Shown here: positions 9,943 to 20,140 of the stretch, piece after piece
Layout of the letters: the number at the start of each line of letters is the position of its first letter
Position numbering within the stretch: position 1 is the stretch's first letter
Origin: a virus
IMG/VR virus record: IMGVR_UViG_3300042375_000763
Location: 1 to 64,000 of that record
Length of the DNA: 64,000 nucleotides
Strand: one strand, 5' to 3'
Position numbers and translations under genes: made by a program
Notes under the pieces: model-generated
What the model saw: only the letters and a program-made list of their open reading frames with translations
Database searches by the model: none
Told to the model about the DNA's origin: nothing

Positions 9943-11769
9943 TTATACCCAGGCAAAATACTGTATAGTAGTTGCGCCTTGGTCAACGTTGCCGCCATAG
10001 TTATGAAACTCTATACTAAGTGTATCTGCAGCAGAAACCCATGCTCCTGCGATCATTAATCCATAAGGTAATGCAGTTCCAGAAGTTATCACAATTTTGT
10101 GATTAGTTGTTAATCCGCTTACAGTAAACGTTAATGTACTAGCTGATGTTTTATTAATTGAAGCAGGGTCTATTGATACAGAACCAGCAAGTATACTAGT
10201 GGCAGCAGAAAGATTTGTAGAAGTAGTAGCAGTGTTTGCATTACCATTAATTGAACCAGAAATAGTATTTGTGACTGTTAGATTAGTCAATGTACCTACT
10301 GTGGTTAGACTACTTGTAACTACATTGCTTGCTAGTGTCGTTCCAGTAATATTAGCAGCTGCTACTGAACCGGCAGTTCCTGACACATTCCCAGTAACAT
10401 TACCCGATAATACCTTACCCGATTCGAGTGTAATCCCTATGCTGTCTACTGTTGCAATTTTGGCAAGTGTAGTAGAGTTTAATGGGGTAGTCCACAACTC
10501 AATGGCACCGCCGTGATTAGTCAATGTTTGATTTCCAATTGCCTTGTAAATAATCCGAGTATTTCCAGCGCCTGGGATAGATGTACCGTCATGCGCTGTT
10601 CCACTGATACGCATGATCTCTTCGTCAGCCAATACTGCTGTAGGAGCGGCAACTGTACCGTTAAACCGACGAGCAACAAATGCTGCAAACGCATTTTGAC
10701 TATCATTGTAAATTCTTGATGGGATGCCAGGAGTATCATACTGTCCTGTTATGTGTAGCATAACTCCAGTGTTGAGAGGAGATATAAATGCGCCAGTTGC
10801 ACTACCTACTATACTCACGGCACCTTCGATACTATCAATAGTTGGCACCAACATCTTAACTTGACCATCTGATTTGACTGCAAACACTGGCTCTTCTTCT
10901 AAAATCTCGGTAAGTGATCCATTAGTTGGGTGTACATGAAATTGTCCAACTACGTTAATACTGCCAATGCCATTGGATGCAATAACTACATCTTCATCAT
11001 CATTTATTGCTTTTAGAATGGCATATTCGGTATTAGATGTATATGTACCTACTGTGGCTGCAAAATCACCGAATGAGAAATCTAATCCAGTAGAATCAAT
11101 AATAATTTGATCTTGATCATTAACTGTAACACCTGGGCCCAGTTTAACACCGCCAAGATCTGTATTAGTTGCTACTATAATCTGTAACGCGTTAGAACCG
11201 TCAATCTCAAATGCTTGTCCTATTTTTATTCCACCGAGTACTGTTGGTGATGCAACAGAAAGAGTAACTTCATTATCTGTATTCAGGTAAAGACCATCGC
11301 TGATTCCTACAGTATCAAAATAGAATTTTCTAGTATTTTGATCATATGTTAAATATTTGTTTAATCCAACAGATGCTGAATTAATATCATCTAATCTAGC
11401 AAATTTAACTTCACCGCCACCACCCATGGTTGACATCTGCTGTTGGATTCGCTGCAGGAATAGACCATAATGGTCGTCCATTTCCTTAAATGTTATAAAC
11501 TTTTCAGTAGAACTTTTACGAAGTGGGTCATCCCATCTTTGCTTTTCAATATTTGCAGGTGTTGCAGGAATATCATCACTCTTTTTAGTAAGATATTTTG
11601 CAGTTTTTTGTGCAATTGTTTCTTCTTCATTCACTTGAATATTAGTTTGCGGAGTTAAACTAATACTAGTTTCTTTTGATTCTTTAACTTCTTTAATCTC
11701 TTTATTTTGAAGTTTATTAGCTTCAGCAAGAAGTTTTTTAAATTCGTTTAGTGCGCTCATCTTTGCCAT
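9943..11769 (-). CDS. Putative virion structural / tail-fibre-like protein
   Basis: LGGIKIG/LGGVKLG repeats, Thr/Ser/Gly-rich beta C-terminus, MGGGGEV motif. Confidence 0.55.
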   Translation of the reverse strand: MAKMSALNEFKKLLAEANKLQNKEIKEVKESKETSISLTPQTNIQVNEEETIAQKTAKYLTKKSDDIPATPANIEKQRWDDPLRKSSTEKFITFKEMDDHYGLFLQRIQQQMSTMGGGGEVKFARLDDINSASVGLNKYLTYDQNTRKFYFDTVGISDGLYLNTDNEVTLSVASPTVLGGIKIGQAFEIDGSNALQIIVATNTDLGGVKLGPGVTVNDQDQIIIDSTGLDFSFGDFAATVGTYTSNTEYAILKAINDDEDVVIASNGIGSINVVGQFHVHPTNGSLTEILEEEPVFAVKSDGQVKMLVPTIDSIEGAVSIVGSATGAFISPLNTGVMLHITGQYDTPGIPSRIYNDSQNAFAAFVARRFNGTVAAPTAVLADEEIMRISGTAHDGTSIPGAGNTRIIYKAIGNQTLTNHGGAIELWTTPLNSTTLAKIATVDSIGITLESGKVLSGNVTGNVSGTAGSVAAANITGTTLASNVVTSSLTTVGTLTNLTVTNTISGSINGNANTATTSTNLSAATSILAGSVSIDPASINKTSASTLTFTVSGLTTNHKIVITSGTALPYGLMIAGAWVSAADTLSIEFHNYGGNVDQGATTIQYFAWV

Positions 11770-12983
11770 CCTTTGATATATTCAGGTGAGAAGTTTGCTT
11801 TGCTAAATTGCAATCTATCTACTAATTTCAGTGCATTTTTACCGAGATGATCAATAGCAACAAAACCTTCTTGACCTGTTACTTCATAGCCATCCTTGGT
11901 TTTAAGAAATGTTCTCATATTATTTACTCTATTGAGTTTATCCAATAGTATGTACTTAACTTCGTCTACAATATTATAGATACGGAAAACATCGACAACA
12001 TCAGACCCATGTTCCTTGAAGTATGAAAGTATCTCATCACGCTTTTTAAATGAAGATTCTTTACCAGCATCTGACTTCTTTTTGTCTGCGTCTTTCTGAT
12101 AATAATCTTCTATATATTTAATCATATCAGCGATAAATTTCTTGGGGTCACCGATTCTCTGGCCTTCTCTCACTTTGACATTAATGAAAGCATTAACACG
12201 GATTCTACGCTCTTCATTATCTGAAAGTCCATCCAATACTGGTCTTTTTATCTTTGCAAATATTTTTCCTGCATCTGAAAGAAGAGCAGTTACGTGCTTT
12301 GTTTCTTCAGCAGTCATTGTAGCACTACCAGAAACATCCTTAAATACAGCATCAACAGACCAGACAGTTTTTACTTTTTTGAGATTTGTTGCAATCTCCT
12401 GTCCAAAACTCGCTGACATTGATTCAAAAGAGTCTCCTCCGTATGTTGTGTGCCATACCACACCGATTTTGGATCCAAGTATTTGTTTAGCAAGATCGCT
12501 TGTTTTTGGTACCGCATAAACAATCGTGTTAGGATGAAAAGTAATATACGATTCTCCATCAATGTTAACTTCTTTAATATCTTCGCGCGCATAAAGAAAA
12601 TCACCCTGTATCACGCCCTTAATACCAAGTTTTGGCAACTCAGCAAGAGCTAATTTCAATTTTGTGTTTAAATCACCTGATGTATCTGCATCAACGTCTG
12701 CATTAGTTTTATAGACTTTTGGGTTCTTGTTAAAGATACCTTTCTTTGCCACAAAGAATTTACCATCAGTTGGATCAATACCTGCAAAAACTGCAGGGGC
12801 ACCATCCCACTTAGTAGAAATATTCATTGGGGTTTTAGTATGACCGGCAAGTGTATCTCTTAGAACTCTCAAATGATTAATTGCTTGACGAGTACCTTCA
12901 ACACCGCCATCAATGATTGCATCAGCAAGATGCACCATATGTGAATTTTTTTCTTCTTCTAGATACTGTTTGAATGATAGCAT
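11757..12983 (-). CDS. DUF6267-like protein with ligase-type nucleotidyltransferase motifs and a capsid-targeting-like N-terminus
   Basis: TKWDGAP (KxDG), IQGDFLY, QEGFV, LKLVDR; N-terminus MLSFKQYLEEE. Confidence 0.65.
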   Translation of the reverse strand: MLSFKQYLEEEKNSHMVHLADAIIDGGVEGTRQAINHLRVLRDTLAGHTKTPMNISTKWDGAPAVFAGIDPTDGKFFVAKKGIFNKNPKVYKTNADVDADTSGDLNTKLKLALAELPKLGIKGVIQGDFLYAREDIKEVNIDGESYITFHPNTIVYAVPKTSDLAKQILGSKIGVVWHTTYGGDSFESMSASFGQEIATNLKKVKTVWSVDAVFKDVSGSATMTAEETKHVTALLSDAGKIFAKIKRPVLDGLSDNEERRIRVNAFINVKVREGQRIGDPKKFIADMIKYIEDYYQKDADKKKSDAGKESSFKKRDEILSYFKEHGSDVVDVFRIYNIVDEVKYILLDKLNRVNNMRTFLKTKDGYEVTGQEGFVAIDHLGKNALKLVDRLQFSKANFSPEYIKGWQR

Positions 12984-13588
12984 TATACTTTCCTTACCGA
13001 TCCATCATGTTGGACATGATATGCTTCGAATGTTATATTAGGATAATTTTTTGCAAGAGCCTTAAACATAGTAATATTGGGCATTGCATCATCAAAGAAC
13101 CTGACTCTTTCATATTTACCACCACGCAAGTATTTATGGAAAATAAACCTCTTGTTTTTAGCAGATGAACCAAGGTTTAGATTACCTGATCGTTCGACAT
13201 AAACTTTGTCAATGTCAATTCCATATCTACGGAATGTATCAAGGAACTTGTTCTTGTTATCAAAATCTGGTCTTGCAGTGACAATAATAACCTTTGATCC
13301 CACATTGACTGCATTCTTAATAATTGCCTTTGCTTTTTTGATCATAGACCAAATTGGAATTGAAGTATCGTGAAAAATTTCGGCACTTCTAAATTCACCA
13401 TAGTCGTATGTTTCACCTGGTTTTATTTTATATTCATTGTATTGTTGATTGTCAAGGGTTCTTACTAGTTTTCCGTCTTTCATTATCTTGACGAGTGCTT
13501 TAGTACGAAATAGAGTCTCATCAATATCAAATATTGTGAGACCCTTTCCATTAGATTGCTCAGTAATGAATTGTTTAAATGATTGCAT
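12983..13588 (-). CDS. HAD-family phosphatase with a capsid-targeting-like N-terminus
   Basis: IFDIDETL, IVTAR, FFDD; N-terminus MQSFKQFITE. Confidence 0.75.
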   Translation of the reverse strand: MQSFKQFITEQSNGKGLTIFDIDETLFRTKALVKIMKDGKLVRTLDNQQYNEYKIKPGETYDYGEFRSAEIFHDTSIPIWSMIKKAKAIIKNAVNVGSKVIIVTARPDFDNKNKFLDTFRRYGIDIDKVYVERSGNLNLGSSAKNKRFIFHKYLRGGKYERVRFFDDAMPNITMFKALAKNYPNITFEAYHVQHDGSVRKV

Positions 13589-13605
13589 TTATTTACTACT
13601 TTAAA

Positions 13606-14616
13606 TTATACTAATTTACCAGTTTGGAGGCAAGTACTCCCTATAGAAGAAAGTGGATCACTTTGAGACTGAAATTTATGGGTCTGTGTTGCAAATTTCT
13701 TATCGTTGTGATAAAAACTAGTAATAGAACCATTTGTTTTTACTGTAATATTTTTAGGATCATTAAGAATGTGTTCATGTTCTGATTCTGGGTGTGAGGT
13801 ATGATGTTGGATACCTTTGGCAGTTTTATATGTAGTATGTTTTATAAAATTATGACCTGCATTTTGTAAAGGTGTATTTCTTGCCTTTAAAACATCACGA
13901 ATGTGATTAACCACTTCTTTATGTTGTCCGCTATCTAATTTTTGTTGTAATTCAGCGCCGTGTTCACCTGCAATAGTACGTAATAATTTTTTATTGCGGC
14001 TTATGATATCAGCTTTTACTGCCGGATTTGAATTTAATTCTGCTTTTCTATCATCTCTATTATTTTTATTTAAGTTAGGATAGTCTTTAAGAATATCACT
14101 TTTATGTTTTTCGTGCATTTCTTTAGCTTTGGAACCAGCAGATTCAATACCTAAATTAGAAGTTGTTATATTTTTATTAGAATTATCAGATACTTTTAGA
14201 CTAACTCCGTGATATGTCGGTTTATCTGAAGATTTCTTTTTAGTATGAATCATAAGATCAGAAGGATCTTCTTTTTGAGTAGAATGAATACCAGTAGATC
14301 TATGTATGTCACCAGGTTTTGAAGTCCATTGAACTTGGTGTATTGTATGGCCCGCAGGTAATTTTGTTTTTATGTTGTCTGCTGCCGCTTTAGCTCTATC
14401 ATTTGCTTTTTTATAATCATCAGGGTGCATTGAAGCTTTTAATTTATCATGTGCTTCTTCTGGACTATAACCATTTGAATCTTTATGGTGAGTCATGTGT
14501 TTACCACCGTTTAAATGATATCCAGTTAATAATTCATGCATGACACCTTTAGTATTATTAGAAACAGAATTTTTAGTTTCCTCATCAAGATGCATAAAAG
14601 ATTTAAATCTCAACAT
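13606..14616 (-). CDS. Putative PD-(D/E)xK-like nuclease with a capsid-targeting-like N-terminus
   Basis: GVMHE...DPSDLMI...GVSLK; N-terminus MLRFKSFMHLDEE; late promoter at 14640-14647. Confidence 0.5.
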   Translation of the reverse strand: MLRFKSFMHLDEETKNSVSNNTKGVMHELLTGYHLNGGKHMTHHKDSNGYSPEEAHDKLKASMHPDDYKKANDRAKAAADNIKTKLPAGHTIHQVQWTSKPGDIHRSTGIHSTQKEDPSDLMIHTKKKSSDKPTYHGVSLKVSDNSNKNITTSNLGIESAGSKAKEMHEKHKSDILKDYPNLNKNNRDDRKAELNSNPAVKADIISRNKKLLRTIAGEHGAELQQKLDSGQHKEVVNHIRDVLKARNTPLQNAGHNFIKHTTYKTAKGIQHHTSHPESEHEHILNDPKNITVKTNGSITSFYHNDKKFATQTHKFQSQSDPLSSIGSTCLQTGKLV

Positions 14617-14659
14617 TAGATAAACTCCTATTTTTTACTTATTTATAAAGTAAAAAAAA

Positions 14660-14857
14660 TTAAGTTCCTTGATGAAACTCATGTTTTACTGCAAAGAACA
14701 TTGGAGTCCAGCCATTAAAGCCAGAGCCAAGATTTAGTTTTCGGCAAAGATCTTTTGCTTTCTTTTCCTCAAATGATAATTCAATAAGTACATCACCACC
14801 TTTTTCATAGATGTTATATGCGGCGGCTGCATTAGTCTTTTTTACAATATAACTCAC
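14660..14857 (-). CDS. Hypothetical protein
   Basis: ORF coupled to the gp41 stop; GFNGWTP motif. Confidence 0.6.
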   Translation of the reverse strand: MSYIVKKTNAAAAYNIYEKGGDVLIELSFEEKKAKDLCRKLNLGSGFNGWTPMFFAVKHEFHQGT

Positions 14858-16278
14858 AATATATCCTCTGCTTCTTTCAATTTCTTTTTCCGTTTACTTG
14901 ACACATCAGCCCATTCATCATTAAATGCACTTTTGTCAAATACAGGTTTATCTTCATCTTTGGTAGTTTTACTTTCAGACATTACTTTGTTTTGTGCATC
15001 TTCCTCCAGATCAAAGATTTTCATTTTTGCACGGTCGATACCAACCATGAATCTCTTGTAATATGATAAATCACCCCATCGGTTTTTCAATTGTTTTATC
15101 ATCAATTGTTTACGTTCTTCAAGTTCCTCATTACTGATTAAACCAAAAATAGCATCAGCTGTATGAGCTATACCCATGGATTCTGATGTATTGGACAAGT
15201 CAACATCAGAACTGTCATACGCGCTACGGTTAAATTGTGATGATGTGACAATAGCAACACCAAATTCCATTGCAAGACCACGAACTTCTTCGGCAATAGA
15301 TTTAACCAATGTGTATGAATTTGCAGAAGCAGCACCTTTGACACGAGATGACGAACAGATATTTAAATAGTCAATAAAGATGATATCCGGCGTAAAATTT
15401 TTCTTGAGTCTAAGTTCGTTTAATAGATGTCGAAAATGTCCAGAATGTGCAGAACCAGTTGGATATTCTTTGATGATTAATTTACCAGGTGTTTTACTTT
15501 TGATTTTATTGACACGAGATTGGTATACTTCCTTTGGTAATACCAATAAATCATCAAGTCTAGTATCTAATAAATTAGCATCTATTCGGCGGGCAACTTC
15601 TTCCTCGGGTAGTTCCATTGTAATATATAAAACATTTCTTCCGAACATCAAACTTGTCGCTGCCAAGTGACATTTAATAAGTGATTTACCACCACCAGTC
15701 GTAGCAAGTAAAACTGTCATTGACTTTCTTGGAAGGCCACCTTTTGTAATTTTATTGAAGATATCAATGTCAAATGATAGACGCTCTTCTTTTCTGTGAT
15801 AATATTCATACCGATCATCAAAATCCTCAAGAAAATCGTGACCTACACTGCTGTCAAAACTGATACCCAATGAATCTGATAATAGTTTAGGTAGAGCACC
15901 TTTATCAAAATCTTTATCTTGACCATCTAGAATTAGAATTGCTTTGCGGATTGAGTTATAAAGATCTTTGTCTTGACAGAATTTTTCTGTTTCACTTAAG
16001 AGCCATTCTTGATTTGTATTATTATCAATAGCAAGTTCATCAATAGATTTGCATACCTCTTTATATGCATCTTCATTCAAGTCTTTTCGATTGTCAATGG
16101 AAATTTTAAGTGCTTCAATCGACGGAGGTTCTTTATACTTTTCTACATACTCCGAATAAGTAGAAAAGATCTTTTTGTGCGTATTTTCATCGAAATACTC
16201 ATCTTTAATATAAGGGAAAACCTTGCGGGAAAATTCTTCATTAAATAAAAGATTCGAAATAATTGTCTTTTCTATCAT
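14854..16278 (-). CDS. gp41: Replicative DNA helicase (T4 gp41-like)
   Basis: Walker A ATTGGGKS, IFIDYLNIC, QFNR, QLKNRWGD; start at MIEK (SD AGAGGTGG). Confidence 0.95.
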   Translation of the reverse strand: MIEKTIISNLLFNEEFSRKVFPYIKDEYFDENTHKKIFSTYSEYVEKYKEPPSIEALKISIDNRKDLNEDAYKEVCKSIDELAIDNNTNQEWLLSETEKFCQDKDLYNSIRKAILILDGQDKDFDKGALPKLLSDSLGISFDSSVGHDFLEDFDDRYEYYHRKEERLSFDIDIFNKITKGGLPRKSMTVLLATTGGGKSLIKCHLAATSLMFGRNVLYITMELPEEEVARRIDANLLDTRLDDLLVLPKEVYQSRVNKIKSKTPGKLIIKEYPTGSAHSGHFRHLLNELRLKKNFTPDIIFIDYLNICSSSRVKGAASANSYTLVKSIAEEVRGLAMEFGVAIVTSSQFNRSAYDSSDVDLSNTSESMGIAHTADAIFGLISNEELEERKQLMIKQLKNRWGDLSYYKRFMVGIDRAKMKIFDLEEDAQNKVMSESKTTKDEDKPVFDKSAFNDEWADVSSKRKKKLKEAEDIL

Positions 16279-16351
16279 AAACCACCTCTTTGGAAACAAA
16301 TTATGCTCTGATCATTGCTGATCAGAGCAGTCTTAAATCATAATAACATAC

Positions 16352-16903
16352 TTATTCGTCGATGTCAACATCTTCTTCATCATCGTCAATACGTGTTTGT
16401 GATCCACCAGATCCACCACCAGTCAATTTAAACTTACGTTCAACATAGTCTTTAAAAACTTTGTCTTTGATTAGATTTTCAAAGTATGCATCATTATTCT
16501 CAATGTCTTTTGCACGATAACTCTTTTCAGAGATTTCACCGGTTTCCATATCCACAGTCTGATACCAACCAACTTTTGGTTTAATAATGTGTCCAGATTC
16601 TTGAGCAAGCTCAAATAGTGAGGACCATTTATAGATACCGCTGTCAAAGAATACACTGAATGGAAGCTTTGACTTTTCCTTGACATAACGAGACTTTTCA
16701 ATGTTGATAGTAAATTTGAAACCCGCGAGTTCAGTTCCATCTTTCTCCTGTGATTTGGAGATGATAAAGATTTGGTTGGCCGAGTAATAGATACCAGTAT
16801 TATGTGTTACTACTCCATTTCTTAGAATATAATGTTCGACTTCGTTTACAGATAAATCGTAAACAGGCTTTTTACCTACACTTTTAATTTGCGATATTTT
16901 CAT
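16352..16903 (-). CDS. uvsX: UvsX recombinase C-terminal half fused to split intein IntC
   Basis: 35-aa IntC MKISQIKSVG...VYDLSV...NGVVTHN, then the extein TGIYYSANQIFII...KSRYVKEKSK. Confidence 0.93.
   Translation of the reverse strand: MKISQIKSVGKKPVYDLSVNEVEHYILRNGVVTHNTGIYYSANQIFIISKSQEKDGTELAGFKFTINIEKSRYVKEKSKLPFSVFFDSGIYKWSSLFELAQESGHIIKPKVGWYQTVDMETGEISEKSYRAKDIENNDAYFENLIKDKVFKDYVERKFKLTGGGSGGSQTRIDDDEEDVDIDE
16799..16903 (-). mobile_element. Split intein C-fragment (IntC, 35 aa)
   Basis: Block F VYDLSV, block G HN, +1 residue Thr. Confidence 0.92.
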
Positions 16904-17786
16904 CTTTTTTCCTTTTGTTGTTATTCCAACCCTGATAAAGTCTACCGAACTTCCACCCTTCTGGCAATTCTTTTTCTGACTTTATCTTTATGTTTTCTAT
17001 ACCATTATTAATCCATTTGCTACCAGTGGATTTTTTTTCTGATAATGTGTAAGGATTAACCCACAGTTTTTTGTCATATGAATCTGATAAATCTTTATGG
17101 ATTCTTACAGTTGCACCTGTTTCTTTATTTTTTAACATAATAAGATTTTTTCTTCCTATTTTCTTTTTATGTTCTTCAGATTTAGGTTTTTTTGCTATAT
17201 TTTCAATCCATTCTTGAACTTTCTCAGGAGACCTAGTTTCTCTGCTATTGGCGATTGCAATTTTACTTCTAGTTTCGTCAGAATGAGTTTTTCCATAAAA
17301 TCCATTTTTATCACCCGAAGATCCTCTTTTCTTTCTTTCCTCTGAGGTTAAAATAGTACCTTTAGAAACACCTACATATTCACCGTTTAGAACTTTTTTA
17401 TGATTTCTTGGCAACCTTACTGTTTTACCTGTTCTGGTATTTTTATATGTTGCGTAATCTGAATCACTAAAAGTATTTACTGATGCTAATGATAAATTAA
17501 AATATTCTGTATCTGCAACAACATCTAAGTGTTTTTGTATTTCATACTCATACTTTAATGTTTCTTTATAATCTTCAAACGTGGCTAAAATTTCAGTTTC
17601 AATAATATCTTCATTTATGTAATCTTTAAAAAATTTATAAGTCGAAGAACCATAGTATGGTTTATTTCTTTTATCATAAATAACACCCTCAAATAGTGTT
17701 GAATTTGATTTAGAACCTATATACATATATGGTTCTTCGCCTCTTTCTTTGCGTTTTGTAAAAGTAAGTTTATATACACAGTGCAT
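16884..17786 (-). CDS. Free-standing homing endonuclease (GIY-YIG/Seg-like N-terminus, NUMOD3 repeats)
   Basis: CVYKL...YIGSK...YYGSS; NGFYGKTHSDETRSKI and KPKSEEHKKKIG; WINNG...GWKFGR C-terminus; lies between the intein halves. Confidence 0.88.
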   Translation of the reverse strand: MHCVYKLTFTKRKERGEEPYMYIGSKSNSTLFEGVIYDKRNKPYYGSSTYKFFKDYINEDIIETEILATFEDYKETLKYEYEIQKHLDVVADTEYFNLSLASVNTFSDSDYATYKNTRTGKTVRLPRNHKKVLNGEYVGVSKGTILTSEERKKRGSSGDKNGFYGKTHSDETRSKIAIANSRETRSPEKVQEWIENIAKKPKSEEHKKKIGRKNLIMLKNKETGATVRIHKDLSDSYDKKLWVNPYTLSEKKSTGSKWINNGIENIKIKSEKELPEGWKFGRLYQGWNNNKRKKDENIAN

Positions 17787-17789
17787 TTT

Positions 17790-17830
17790 GGTATCCTTAG
17801 TTAACAGTATAGTAGATACCTGTATTTATA
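17790..17830 (-). promoter_or_regulatory. Late promoter plus SD-sequestering hairpin of the endonuclease
   Basis: TATAAATA at 17823-17830; GGTATC...GATACC stem covering AAGGA just before the ATG. Confidence 0.6.
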
Positions 17831-17833
17831 AAT

Positions 17834-18739
17834 TTAAAGAACTGTGCAATCAATTCCTACTGTTAGATCTTTGGCTTCTACCCATTTACCATTAACTAAA
17901 AACTTATGCTTATCGGAAACAGTAACTGTATAACCATCCTCAAATGTAATTTCATAACACTCTGGCATACCATCTTCTAGAGTATCTGGGTTCCACACGT
18001 GAGTCACAATTTGCTCGCCACTGAGTGTAATAACTTTTTCACCCACATTAAAATCTTCTACCTTTTTCAACCCGTCTGGTGTTTGTATTTCAGTACCCGC
18101 AACAACACAACCACCAGAAACAATAGCCTTTGGATAAAGACCCATTTCCTGATAGATATGATTGACGGCAAGACATGGGATATTCTTTGTAGTCAAGTGC
18201 GGAGTGATAATGCGGAACAAAGATTTTAGACTCTTTGCACGTGACATATCAGCAACTGACTTTTCATTTTCTGCATCTTCTACTTCTTTCTTGGAAGCAA
18301 GGTTACCGATAGAGTCAATCATAATAAAGACATTATCCTTTTTATCTACTTCTTGTAGACGTTGGACAATATCAAATTTAAGCTGTTCAACATTTTCAAG
18401 TGGTATGTGAATAACGCGGTTACTATCAATATTAAAACTTTCAAGATAATCGGGCGTGATACCAAATTCTGAGTCATAAAGAATAGCAACACCTTCTTTA
18501 TACTTATCAAGATATGCTTTCATACAATATAGTGATAGCATGGTTTTAAAGCTCTTCGAAGCACCAGCAACTACTGTTAGACCTGGTAGCAAACCACCTT
18601 CAAGTGAACCACTGAATGCAATGTTTAAGATCGGAAGATCTGTAGGGATTATATCTTTAGCGTTAAAGAATGTTGATTTGGAAAGTACTGATGCAGCTTT
18701 GATATTACCTGCTTTTAACATTTTTTCTAATAGACTCAT
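17834..18739 (-). CDS. uvsX: UvsX recombinase N-terminal half fused to split intein IntN
   Basis: AGASKSFKT P-loop, YDSEFG, IDSIGNLASKKE, DMSRAK, then SGG|CVVAGTEI intein start. Confidence 0.93.
   Translation of the reverse strand: MSLLEKMLKAGNIKAASVLSKSTFFNAKDIIPTDLPILNIAFSGSLEGGLLPGLTVVAGASKSFKTMLSLYCMKAYLDKYKEGVAILYDSEFGITPDYLESFNIDSNRVIHIPLENVEQLKFDIVQRLQEVDKKDNVFIMIDSIGNLASKKEVEDAENEKSVADMSRAKSLKSLFRIITPHLTTKNIPCLAVNHIYQEMGLYPKAIVSGGCVVAGTEIQTPDGLKKVEDFNVGEKVITLSGEQIVTHVWNPDTLEDGMPECYEITFEDGYTVTVSDKHKFLVNGKWVEAKDLTVGIDCTVL
17837..18109 (-). mobile_element. Split intein N-fragment (IntN, 91 aa)
   Basis: Block A CVVAGTEI, block B TVSDKHKF, WVEAKDL, then a stop codon. Confidence 0.92.
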
Positions 18740-19020
18740 CTATGAATTCCTTCTACAATTCGTTTTAATTTTTCTTTATATTCTTGGATTTTTTCAACTC
18801 TGTTTGGCCAATGTATTGTTGATTTTTCTGGATTTTTACAAAGATTATCCAAGAAAGGAATAATTGATGAATATAGAAGTTTGAGTCTATCTTCTAAATC
18901 TTCTATTTTTTCTTTATCACCGCGGATAACTGCCCCTAGGCTTTCCTTGACCTCATGTACTTCTTCATCAGCAAAACTAAAACCAAAATCAAAGTCTTCT
19001 ATTTTAGCCTCTTTTTTCAT
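18736..19020 (-). CDS. Conserved hypothetical phage protein
   Basis: DFDFGFSF, PFLDNLCKNPEK.TIHWPNR. Confidence 0.65.
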   Translation of the reverse strand: MKKEAKIEDFDFGFSFADEEVHEVKESLGAVIRGDKEKIEDLEDRLKLLYSSIIPFLDNLCKNPEKSTIHWPNRVEKIQEYKEKLKRIVEGIHR

Positions 19021-19118
19021 GTGTATATCCTCTCATTAAAGTATACAATAAACTCGATTGAATCGAGTGAATGTTAATTGGAGAGGGAATTAACCCTCTC
19101 CATCTTTAAGTTGTGATT

Positions 19119-20060
19119 TTAGGTCTTTGAAAGGTTTCTGAAGAACTCTAGATCATCTTCATCTTCGTCAGTTGAAGCGGCTTGTTCTTTCATTGGAGCT
19201 GCAGGTGTCTCTTTTTTAGGGGCCTGTGCTTTACTCATATCGAGTTCACCATATAGATCTTCCTCTGCTGAAGACGCAGCATTGGAGCGAAGATCGGCAT
19301 CAGCACCAACAATGCCAAGTACACGATGAAGTTTTGCCTTTAGTTCATCATATGGTTTGAAGTTCTTTGGATCAATGACATCCTTGAGAGAATGTGATTG
19401 TTTCCATACTCTTTCAATTTCAGAATCATCTTCGAAGAAAGCAGACGATGAATCAAATTCAGATTTATCATAGTTTGGATAACCTTCAAACACCCGGATT
19501 TTCAATCGGAAGTTAGCACCTTCCCATAGATCGAATGGGTTAACAGGCTTTTCATCTTCGAATGAAGGATTCATAAGATCATTGAGTTTGTCCCAGATCT
19601 TCTTGCCATATTTAAACAAGAATACCTTGCCATCATTTTCTGGGTTGCCAGAATCCTTAACGATATATACGTTAGAGATGTAATGAAGTCTGCGTTTCTG
19701 GTCACGTGCTTGTTTACGTTCTGGAGCACTATCGTCAGTACTCACATTCCATAGTTTGGTATTTAGTTCAGATACTGGGTCTGGTTGACCAACTGTCGTA
19801 AGTGAATTTTCGATATACCAACCACCAGGACCTTTAAACCCGTGGTCCCATAGACGTACGAATGGCATATCCTCGCCTTCTGGTGAGTCTAGAAAGCGAA
19901 TAATCGCAAAACCATTACCTGCTGAGTCTCGAGTCGGTTTCCAATATTTACCTTCATTTGGATCGGCATATGATTTGGAACTGATTTTTGTGAGCTGTTG
20001 GTTCAGTTTCTCGAGTGAATTTGAACGGTTCTTCTTTAGTGCTTGAAAATCTACAGCCAT
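19119..20060 (-). CDS. gp32: ssDNA-binding protein (gp32)
   Basis: GNGFAIIRFL, HGFKGPGGWYIENS, FDLWEGANFRLKI, acidic tail. Confidence 0.95.
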   Translation of the reverse strand: MAVDFQALKKNRSNSLEKLNQQLTKISSKSYADPNEGKYWKPTRDSAGNGFAIIRFLDSPEGEDMPFVRLWDHGFKGPGGWYIENSLTTVGQPDPVSELNTKLWNVSTDDSAPERKQARDQKRRLHYISNVYIVKDSGNPENDGKVFLFKYGKKIWDKLNDLMNPSFEDEKPVNPFDLWEGANFRLKIRVFEGYPNYDKSEFDSSSAFFEDDSEIERVWKQSHSLKDVIDPKNFKPYDELKAKLHRVLGIVGADADLRSNAASSAEEDLYGELDMSKAQAPKKETPAAPMKEQAASTDEDEDDLEFFRNLSKT

Positions 20061-20140
20061 AGTGTTTCTCCTTATATAGCATTATATGCAATTGTTTACA
20101 ATGTATCGTAATGTTTATTTTATCATTACGAGTTTATTTA

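Noticed and set aside
16884-17833. Group I intron interrupting uvsX
   Set aside because: There is no room for an intron core. Both flanks encode intein halves with their own stop and start codons.
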